Below are positions 1 to 6,649 of a stretch of DNA of 64,000 bases, piece by piece. The stretch is from Parcubacteria group bacterium GW2011_GWC2_48_17 (GTDB lineage Bacteria; Patescibacteriota; Minisyncoccia; Phycocordibacterales; UBA10002). Position numbers and translations under genes: made by a program. The stretch is taken from NCBI GenBank assembly GCA_001003605.1, contig LCPL01000010.1:1528-65527 (forward strand), given 5' to 3'. The stretch's first letter is position 1, and each line of letters starts with the position of its first letter. The notes under the pieces were generated by a model. It saw only the letters and a program-made list of their open reading frames with translations, ran no database searches and had not been told where the DNA came from.

Positions 1-1
1 C

Positions 2-205
2 ATTCCCGTTCTGACTTCAAACGAATCGTACCGCGGGATACTTCCCGACGATGCAATCGTGCAGGAGACACCGAATGCGTTCGCGAAAAAGATACAGGCG
101 TTTCTCACGAACCCTATACTAGTTTCCTATCGGGAACAAATTCTTCAAGAACATAGCTTGCAGGCGCTTATTCCCAAAATACTTCACTCATATGAACACA
201 GGTAA
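2..205 (+). CDS. 3' end of a probable GT4 glycosyltransferase (partial, runs off the window)
   Basis: Manual translation IPVLTSNESYRGIL...HSLQALIPKILHSYEHR*; resembles a GT-B C-terminus; overlaps the next ATG. Confidence 0.55.
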   Translation: MPVLTSNESYRGILPDDAIVQETPNAFAKKIQAFLTNPILVSYREQILQEHSLQALIPKILHSYEHR

Positions 206-887
206 CACCCATTCATTCAATCCTCCGCTCATTCTTGTGCTTCGCGAAGCGGTACGCGGGAAATCTGTCGGCCGGACTATGACCAATCTTTTTTGGCGTA
301 CGCACGTCAAGCTTGAGGGAACAATCCTTGATATCGGCGGAGGAGAGGGAGGAGGAAGTCACTATAGATTTCTGCCCATAAGCAAGACAGCAAATATCTT
401 AACCGCGGACATTGTGGCGCGGCCTCAAACTGATTTCGTTCTCGACATTACAAAAGAGAAAGTTCCACTTCCCGATGGGTCAGTAGATTACATTCTTCTT
501 TTTAATGTTCTTGAACATCTTTCCCGTCATGACGCACCTCTTTCGGAAATAAGACGACTGCTACGGCCAGGAGGAACTCTTATAGGTTCTATTCCGTTCC
601 TACTAAATGTCCATCCCGACCCGCACGATTATGTCCGTTTTACAAGCGATGCTCTCGAATCTCTTTTCAAGAAAAATGGTTTTTCCATACGAAACATCGA
701 GCCGATAGGAAGAGGTCCATTTCTCGCCGCGTATGAGCAACTTGATATGCTTATATGGAGTCCGCTTCACTTTCTTTTTCTGCCGATTGTCTGGTGTCTT
801 GATGGCTTACTTTCAATCTTGCGGCCAAAGCGAGACCTTTGTGCGCAGTTCCCTTTGTTTTACAACTTTATTGTTGAGAAGAGCTAA
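192..887 (+). CDS. Class I SAM-dependent methyltransferase (type 11)
   Basis: ILDIGGG motif I, FNVLEHL, LLRPGG, HPDPHDYVRFT. Confidence 0.85.
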   Translation: MNTGNTHSFNPPLILVLREAVRGKSVGRTMTNLFWRTHVKLEGTILDIGGGEGGGSHYRFLPISKTANILTADIVARPQTDFVLDITKEKVPLPDGSVDYILLFNVLEHLSRHDAPLSEIRRLLRPGGTLIGSIPFLLNVHPDPHDYVRFTSDALESLFKKNGFSIRNIEPIGRGPFLAAYEQLDMLIWSPLHFLFLPIVWCLDGLLSILRPKRDLCAQFPLFYNFIVEKS

Positions 888-917
888 ACTTACCTCACAC
901 GTTTTTTGCATGGACAA

Positions 918-945
918 CAAAAAAGGACCGCCGAAGGCAGTCCTT
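918..945 (-). terminator. Rho-independent terminator for the 1000..1797 gene
   Basis: Minus strand AAGGACTGCC-TTCG-GCGGTCC followed by a T run. Confidence 0.7.
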
Positions 946-949
946 CCAA

Positions 950-986
950 TTTAGCATTTGCTCAACGGCCGTCGGCAAATGTTAAA
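950..986. repeat. Palindromic REP-like element, family TTAGCATTTGCTC..GCAAATG(C/T)TAA, copy 1
   Basis: Imperfect palindrome; near-identical copy at 10817-10850. Confidence 0.8.
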
Positions 987-999
987 CGTACGACGAAGA

Positions 1000-1797
1000 T
1001 TACCTGAAATATTCCTCCACCTTCTTCCGAAGTGCGAGCAGGTCTTCTGCTCCGTAGGGAATGGGGAGTCGTGGCCGAACTTCCGGCACAACGCATCCGC
1101 TCCAACCACTCTTTTGCACGGTATATGCAAAGTCCCTTAACGGGGCGGTTCCGGTTCCAGGCCAGAAATTCCGCTCTCTTGAAAAGTCGTTCCAGTGGAT
1201 TTCGCGCACCTGCGTGGAGAACTCCGTCCAGAACTTTTTCCATTCGTCAAGAATGGTAGCGGCTATTAACGTACTCCGCTCAATGCCGGATTCACCTCGG
1301 AGGTACTCGATGTAGTGCATCGTGTCAAATACAATGTCATGTCTTCCCCTGCGAATCCGCTCTAGAAAATCTGGAAAAGAAAGGCGCGGGGTCGGGTCAT
1401 CGAACATTCGTTGTTCCGCGATAGATTGAAACCACACTCCGCTCCGTCCGGCCAGTTCCGGGATTCGATCTGCGTAGGCGACCAGTGGTATCGCGTTTTT
1501 TGGTGCCCATTCGTCAAAGTTGTATCCTTGGCGAGGAAGGCGACCAAGTGCTGTGAGTGCCTGATTCACTCTTTTTTCTTTCGCCTGCGAACTCTCCGTT
1601 GTCCAGACCTGATGGAAGTGGAGTTCGAGTCCCAATATCGCCGCGCGCCCAATAGCTCGTGATACCTTTTCGGTGTTCCATTTTCCGAGGAGGAAAACTT
1701 CGACAAAGTCGAATCCCGCCCGGCTCGCTTTGCGAAAAACGGTCTGAAGGGGAAGGGGGAAAAGCGACAGGCTCGCAATCCCGAATCTCATTTTCAT
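1000..1797 (-). CDS. TIM-barrel sugar phosphate isomerase/epimerase-like protein (AP endonuclease 2 / xylose isomerase-like)
   Basis: AGFDFVEV, IVFDTMH, EIHWND, PGTGTAPL, VVPEV motifs. Confidence 0.7.
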   Translation of the reverse strand: MKMRFGIASLSLFPLPLQTVFRKASRAGFDFVEVFLLGKWNTEKVSRAIGRAAILGLELHFHQVWTTESSQAKEKRVNQALTALGRLPRQGYNFDEWAPKNAIPLVAYADRIPELAGRSGVWFQSIAEQRMFDDPTPRLSFPDFLERIRRGRHDIVFDTMHYIEYLRGESGIERSTLIAATILDEWKKFWTEFSTQVREIHWNDFSRERNFWPGTGTAPLRDFAYTVQKSGWSGCVVPEVRPRLPIPYGAEDLLALRKKVEEYFR

Positions 1798-1800
1798 AAG

Positions 1801-1874
1801 GTGCTATCCTTTCTGTCGTTTATTGTTGTTAGGAAGTCAAGAACCACGCTAGCACACATCTCTAGGTGTGTCAA
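1801..1874 (-). promoter_or_regulatory. Sigma70 promoter TTGACA-N17-TAGCGT plus GAAAGGATAGCAC RBS motif
   Basis: -35 at 1869-1874, -10 at 1846-1851; 13-bp motif at 1801-1813 is identical to 42518-42530. Confidence 0.65.
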
Positions 1875-1913
1875 CAAGTTAAGAGCCGCTGTTTATCAGT
1901 TACAATAAGACCC

Positions 1914-3743
1914 ATGTGCAGTATCAACGGCTTCTCGTGGCGTGACAAGGCACTCATACAAAAGATGAATGCCGTGACGGCGCATCGCGGTCCCGATGGC
2001 ACCGATTTCTTTGTCGCGCCAAACGTTTCGCTCGGCCATAATCGGCTGGCGATTATTGACCTCTCGCCTTCCGGAGCCCAACCGATGAAAAGTCGCGATG
2101 GGCGATATGTGATTGTATTTAACGGCGAGATATACAATTACCGGGAACTTCGCAACGAACTTTCGGCGTATCCTTTTCAGAGTACGAGCGACACCGAGGT
2201 GATTCTCGCGGCATATGAGGCATGGGGAAAAAAGGCATTTGCACGTTTGAATGGCATGTTCGCGCTCGCGCTTTTTGATGCCAAAGAGCGGAAACTCATT
2301 CTTGCTCGCGACCGAGTAGGTATCAAACCGCTCTATTATCATGCTGATGGCGCGCGACTCATTTTTTCTTCGGAAATCAAAGCGCTCCTCGAACACCAGA
2401 GCCTCTCTCGGCATATCAATCCTCTCGCCTTCGACATCTATATGCGCCTTGGCTATGTTCCGGCGCCTCTAACCATGTTTAAGGGAGTTCAAAAACTCTT
2501 GCCGGGAAACATGCTCACACATACAAACGGGACAAGCACTCTGACCTCCTTTGTGGAGGCAAAAGAGACGGCACTTTTGCAAGCTCCGCGAGCGGAGCTT
2601 GCAAAGCAGCTGTACCAAAAGGTGCATGAACGTGTTCAGTCTCAACTCGTCTCTGACCGGCCGATCGGGCTCTACCTTTCCGGAGGTATTGATTCGAGCG
2701 TCGTTCTTGAATCAATGGCGGCGGCACAGGGACGGGTGGAAACCTTCTCGGTCGGCTTTGAGCTTCGGGTGGGAGAACAGGCGGAGAAGTTCAACGCGGA
2801 CTTTATGCTTGCGCGGCGTACCGCAAAACATTTTGGCGCGAAGCACCATGAGGTACTTGTGCGCCCAGATGAAATCATCCCACTTTTTGAGGAGGCTATC
2901 TATCATCTTGATGAGCCGGTTTCAAACGCGACGATTATCCCAATGCACAAGCTCTCACGATTCGCAAAAACGCACGTCGCAGTGGTACTTGGCGGGGATG
3001 GAGGAGATGAGCTGTTCGGAGGGTACGAGCGCTATCGGCTTTCTCTGCTTTCTTCATATTATCGGCGCGTTCCTCATCTACTTCGTGCAGGGTTGAACAA
3101 AGTGTTTCCGAGGGTGCAAAAGCTTGATACGGAAGAGGGAATCGCGCGGTACGCGCAGTTCCACTTCTTAAAGGAGAGAATTATTCGGCCGCTTCTTTCA
3201 GATGAGGCGTATCACGAACATTCTGCCGAGGATTTCTTCCAAGAACGATTCTTTAAGGAAGTTCGTCTTCCGTTTGAAACGCAATTCATGAAAGTAGATC
3301 GCCAAAGCTGGCTTCCCGATGAATCATTACTGCGTAGTGACAAGCTTTCGATGTCGGGAGGTCTTGAGGCGCGAGTTCCGCTTCTCGACCTCTCCCTCAT
3401 CGAATTTGCCGACACCGTCCCGCTTCGGCATAAAGTCTCACTTCAAGGGACGAAGCTCGTCCTTAAGGAGGCGTTTCGAAGCGTACTTCCCAAAGAACTT
3501 TTGAACCAACCAAAACGAGGCTGGTTCTCACCTGGGGCAAAGTGGCTCCGCTATCCGGATTTTGCGGCATATGCGCGCGAAGTTCTTTCTCCCGATTACG
3601 CGGAGGCAACCCGAACTCTTTTCAATTGGGCTACGGTTCAAGCACGACTCGAATCCCATCTTCGTGGCAACTACCACTTCACCGAGCTCTGGATGATACT
3701 AACACTCCAGGTCTGGGCGAGGCGGTATAAAATATCTTTGTAA
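1914..3743 (+). CDS. asnB: Asparagine synthase (glutamine-hydrolysing) family amidotransferase, probably glycan-modifying
   Basis: N-terminal MCSING (Ntn Cys2), HRGPD, FNGEIYN, LSGGIDSS, GDGGDELFGGY; start moved to ATG 1914. Confidence 0.92.
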   Translation: MCSINGFSWRDKALIQKMNAVTAHRGPDGTDFFVAPNVSLGHNRLAIIDLSPSGAQPMKSRDGRYVIVFNGEIYNYRELRNELSAYPFQSTSDTEVILAAYEAWGKKAFARLNGMFALALFDAKERKLILARDRVGIKPLYYHADGARLIFSSEIKALLEHQSLSRHINPLAFDIYMRLGYVPAPLTMFKGVQKLLPGNMLTHTNGTSTLTSFVEAKETALLQAPRAELAKQLYQKVHERVQSQLVSDRPIGLYLSGGIDSSVVLESMAAAQGRVETFSVGFELRVGEQAEKFNADFMLARRTAKHFGAKHHEVLVRPDEIIPLFEEAIYHLDEPVSNATIIPMHKLSRFAKTHVAVVLGGDGGDELFGGYERYRLSLLSSYYRRVPHLLRAGLNKVFPRVQKLDTEEGIARYAQFHFLKERIIRPLLSDEAYHEHSAEDFFQERFFKEVRLPFETQFMKVDRQSWLPDESLLRSDKLSMSGGLEARVPLLDLSLIEFADTVPLRHKVSLQGTKLVLKEAFRSVLPKELLNQPKRGWFSPGAKWLRYPDFAAYAREVLSPDYAEATRTLFNWATVQARLESHLRGNYHFTELWMILTLQVWARRYKISL

Positions 3744-3864
3744 TTACTGATAATCACATAACTCGTTAACGGTTTTCATGGCCTTGTTAAGGCATTATTC
3801 GCGTTAAGTAGATTTGTGAAGATCAGTAGGTAATGATGCGAAAGATCGGAACCATTACAGCGAG

Positions 3865-3894
3865 TTGACAATATGTGTATATCCATTGTAATAT
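3865..3894 (+). promoter_or_regulatory. Putative promoter of the DGR target gene
   Basis: TTGACA 3865-3870, 18-nt spacer, TAATAT 3889-3894. Confidence 0.5.
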
Positions 3895-3923
3895 CACCTT
3901 CAGCACTTTGAAACTTTTGCGAA

Positions 3924-3974
3924 TTCGCCACAGCAGAAAGCGGCTTAATGTAGGCCATTTTCTGCTGTGGCGAA
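3924..3974. repeat. Long hairpin in the leader of the DGR target gene
   Basis: 16-bp perfect inverted repeat TTCGCCACAGCAGAAA / TTTCTGCTGTGGCGAA plus an inner stem. Confidence 0.8.
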
Positions 3975-4070
3975 CCTTCTAGTGGTGAGCCAATACAGCA
4001 AGACACAAACCACGAAGCCAATCCGGAGCTATGCAAGGGCATATGCGATGGGGCAGGCAGAAAGAATAGT

Positions 4071-4790
4071 TTGAAAAACAACATAGACTGGAAGCAGTTC
4101 GGACAGTTTCTTAAAATGGTGGTAGATTTGTTCAAAATCATCACCACAACCTTCAAAGAGCAGAAAACCGGTCCGGAGATTCTTGAATGGATTACCGGCG
4201 CGGGCCAGAAGGCTTTTGCGGAGAAGTTTTTAGTACCGCTTGGCGAGGCGTACCAAGCTCACCTTCAGAGGGAGCAGAAACGGGAGAAGCCGGAGCCGCT
4301 TCGCATGAAGGCCAACCTCAATGCCGACCCCTCGCTTCCATTTGACGGAGCGAAGTTTGAAGGCAACAAAGGTGAGAAACATCTTCGCCAAGGCGAGGTG
4401 GAACTGGAGTATCGTTCGGATGAAGACGAACTGTATGTGAACAGACGAAATCTCGTTCCGTTCTTATCAGACAAACAGCTCGATGGAAAGACCGTGAAAG
4501 GATTCAAACTTCATCCCGAAGCCGAAGCGAACAGTCCCACGAACGCAACGCTGGCTGATGTTCTGTATGCGCATCAGGAATTCATTCCGAAGAAATATCG
4601 AGACAGAGTATGGTTTTTCTGGGCGACGATTTTCAGCGGCGCGGACGGCAACCTCTTTGTCCGGTCTCTCTACTGGGGTGGCGAGCGGTGGAGTCGGGGC
4701 TACGTTTGGCTCGGCGACGACTGGTATGAGCGCGACCCGTCGGCTTCGCTCGCAAAGCAGAACTTAGACCTTGAGGTTAAGTCCTTTTGA
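4071..4790 (+). CDS. DGR target (variable) protein, probable C-type-lectin-like fold at the C-terminus
   Basis: C-terminal ~42 codons are the VR; Trp-rich LYWGGERWSRGYVWLGDDW; TTG start uncertain; fold inferred from DGR precedent. Confidence 0.9.
   Translation: MKNNIDWKQFGQFLKMVVDLFKIITTTFKEQKTGPEILEWITGAGQKAFAEKFLVPLGEAYQAHLQREQKREKPEPLRMKANLNADPSLPFDGAKFEGNKGEKHLRQGEVELEYRSDEDELYVNRRNLVPFLSDKQLDGKTVKGFKLHPEAEANSPTNATLADVLYAHQEFIPKKYRDRVWFFWATIFSGADGNLFVRSLYWGGERWSRGYVWLGDDWYERDPSASLAKQNLDLEVKSF
4631..4755 (+). repeat. DGR variable repeat (VR)
   Basis: 125-bp ungapped match to 5122-5246; 17 mismatches, all opposite TR adenines. Confidence 0.97.
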
Positions 4791-4808
4791 ACTTGAGACC
4801 TTAGTACT

Positions 4809-4850
4809 TCCCCGATTTTGTCAGTGATGACAAGGTTGGGGATTTTTGTT
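4809..4850 (+). terminator. Hairpin downstream of the VR gene (terminator and/or DGR cis-acting stem-loop)
   Basis: TCCCCGATTTTGTCA-GTGA-TGACAAGGTTGGGGA then TTTTTGTT. Confidence 0.75.
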
Positions 4851-4855
4851 ATCCT
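4827..4855 (+). promoter_or_regulatory. Putative promoter for the TR RNA, overlapping the hairpin
   Basis: ATGACA-N17-TATCCT with extended -10 TG. Confidence 0.45.
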
Positions 4856-4861
4856 ACAGAT

Positions 4862-5292
4862 GATAGTAGGTGAGCATCAGTACGGGTTTACGGATTCGTA
4901 CCACCGAATTCAGTATCCATACATTGAGAGCGTTTAGAATCAGGGTTCTAAGCGGAGGATGTATGCAGACACTTCACAAAAAGATGAAGCTACTTGGTAT
5001 GAAGCACTAAGGCATTAAACCCGGTAAGTGAATCAAAAAATTCGTCTGCTGAATGAGATGCCGAAGACTTTCCAGCCTTTCGAGTACTCGGGAGGCGGTG
5101 GCACAGATGGTGCTTCATATGTTTCAGCGACGCGGACGGCAACCTCTATGTCCGGTATCTCTACTGGAATGGCAAGCAGTGGAATCGGAACTACAATTGG
5201 CTCGACAACGACTGGAATGAGCACAACCCGTCGGCTTCGCTCGCAACTCTCTTCATTTCTCCGCCCCGACTTTTGTCGGGACGGAGTTTTGC
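4862..5292 (+). ncRNA. Putative DGR template RNA (structured 5' leader + TR + 3' hairpin)
   Basis: Nested helices with G:U pairs at 4872-5115; TR 5122-5246; hairpin 5259-5286 plus T tract; ends inferred. Confidence 0.6.
5122..5246 (+). repeat. DGR template repeat (TR)
   Basis: AAY-rich in the VR frame (AAC/AAT codons), 32 adenines, matches the VR except at A. Confidence 0.97.
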
Positions 5293-5675
5293 TTGATGAG
5301 CTGATTATGCCAACCGCCGAGTTGTTGCCCTGCGCCCGCAAGCGGTTCTGACACGGCAACATACTTCTTGGTATCAATTGATTTGAGTTCCCAGCTTACA
5401 TACAAAAATACTTTTGCTGTATCCAATTTAACGATTGCCTTATGCACAAACGGCCGCTTCTGTTCTTTTGGGAGAAATACTGCTGTGAGAGCGGCCTCAA
5501 TTGTTTCAACAAGGAGAGTGTCGATCTTTTCTCCGAGAGAGTATTTGGTTTCTTTCGGAAAGAGGCGAAGAGTCTCATGCCAGAGCTTGTAAGCGGCAGT
5601 GAGTTTTTCTACCACTGGCAAAATCCGTAGGGGGGGGGTATTCTTTTGTGTATGGGACGGATTCAATTCACGCAT
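5253..5675 (-). CDS. avd: Avd-like accessory variability determinant (four-helix bundle), antisense to TR and RT
   Basis: LPVVEKL..AYKLW...FPKETKYSLGEKID...GQQLGGW pattern; located between TR and RT. Confidence 0.88.
   Translation of the reverse strand: MRELNPSHTQKNTPPLRILPVVEKLTAAYKLWHETLRLFPKETKYSLGEKIDTLLVETIEAALTAVFLPKEQKRPFVHKAIVKLDTAKVFLYVSWELKSIDTKKYVAVSEPLAGAGQQLGGWHNQLIKQNSVPTKVGAEK
5630..5638. repeat. G9 homopolymer in the avd 5' region, just upstream of the RT start
   Basis: ...ccgtaGGGGGGGGGtattc...; encodes TPPL in Avd if the ATG at 5675 is used. Confidence 0.85.
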
Positions 5676-6644
5676 ACCTATGAGGAAATTATTTCTGTTG
5701 AAAATCTACTGGAGGCGTGGAAAGAGTTTAAGCGGGGAAAGGCGAAAAAAGAAGAAGTGCAAAGGTTCCAGCTTCGACTCATGGAGCACATCCTAGCGCT
5801 CCATCGAGACTTACGCAATCGAACCTACACACACGGGCCATACAAACATTTCAGAATTACCGACCCGAAACCACGAGACATTCATAAAGCGAATGTGCGC
5901 GACCGCTTACTTCACCATGCGCTCTACCGGAAACTCTATCCGTTCTTCGACCGCACTTTTATTGCCGATTCATTCTCCTGCCGATTGAAAAAGGGAACGC
6001 ATAGTGCGATGAACCGCTTCCGTGCCTTTGCGTACCAAGCGAGCAAGAATCACACGCAGACCTGCTTTGCGCTCAAGTGTGATATACGGAAGTTCTTTGC
6101 CAACATTGACCACGAGATTTTGTTCTCGATTCTTTCCATCTACATTCCCGATACTTCTATACTGATGCTCCTTAAAAATATCGTGGAGAGTTTTACAAGC
6201 GGAAAAACGGAAGCAGGCCTCCCCCTCGGCAACCTTTCGTCACAGCTTTTGGTGAATATCTACCTAAACGAGTTTGACCAATTCGTGAAGCACCGGCTCA
6301 AAGTGAAATACTACATTCGTTACGCTGATGATTTTGTTATTCTTTCCCATGGTAAAAGTCGGTTGGAAAGAATAGTACGATATATCGTACTATTCATGCG
6401 CGAGAGATTGAGACTTGAACTTCATCAAGGCAAAGTCTTCATCCACACCATTGCCTCCGGCGTTGATTTTCTCGGTTGGGTGCATTTTCCCAATCATAGG
6501 GTGCTTCGGACGAGTACAAAAAAGCGAATGTTCCGGCGTTTACAGGAAGCACCAAGCGAAGAAGTGGCCATCTCCTACCTCGGACTGCTTTCGCATGGAA
6601 ATGGGGCTCTACTACAAAAAAGGATACGCGAGAGTTATAGTTAG
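5652..6644 (+). CDS. DGR reverse transcriptase
   Basis: KPRDI, RDRLLHHA, KCDIRKFF, GLPLGNLSSQ (DGR-type GxxxSQ), YIRYADDF, GVDFLG; no maturase or endonuclease domain. Confidence 0.96.
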   Translation: MGRIQFTHTYEEIISVENLLEAWKEFKRGKAKKEEVQRFQLRLMEHILALHRDLRNRTYTHGPYKHFRITDPKPRDIHKANVRDRLLHHALYRKLYPFFDRTFIADSFSCRLKKGTHSAMNRFRAFAYQASKNHTQTCFALKCDIRKFFANIDHEILFSILSIYIPDTSILMLLKNIVESFTSGKTEAGLPLGNLSSQLLVNIYLNEFDQFVKHRLKVKYYIRYADDFVILSHGKSRLERIVRYIVLFMRERLRLELHQGKVFIHTIASGVDFLGWVHFPNHRVLRTSTKKRMFRRLQEAPSEEVAISYLGLLSHGNGALLQKRIRESYS

Positions 6645-6649
6645 GGCGT

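Larger units (their letters stand above)
3865..6644 (+). mobile_element. Diversity-generating retroelement (target-VR / TR / antisense avd / RT)
   Basis: VR-TR pair with adenine-only mismatches, Avd-like protein, DGR-type RT. Confidence 0.97.

Noticed and set aside
950-986. Palindromes or TIR elements as integron attC sites
   Set aside because: Too short for attC, or with GTTAG/CTAAC in the wrong order; no integrase in the window.
3776-4156. Minus-strand 126-aa ORF upstream of the DGR and other short antisense ORFs
   Set aside because: Shadow ORFs overlapping promoters, hairpins or well-supported genes, with no recognisable motifs.
4883-5023. Cloverleaf-like region as a tRNA
   Set aside because: About 140 nt with four arms, no T-loop GTTCRA in the correct position and no CCA end.
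5028-5377. ORFs 5028..5351 (+) and 5033..5377 (-) spanning the TR
   Set aside because: Their T/S/G-rich or V/I/P-rich translations are by-products of the AAY-rich TR and overlap avd; no protein features recognised.
5652-6644. RT as a group II intron, retron or Abi RT
   Set aside because: No maturase/endonuclease domain or retron VTG motif; GxxxSQ plus TR/VR and Avd identify a DGR.
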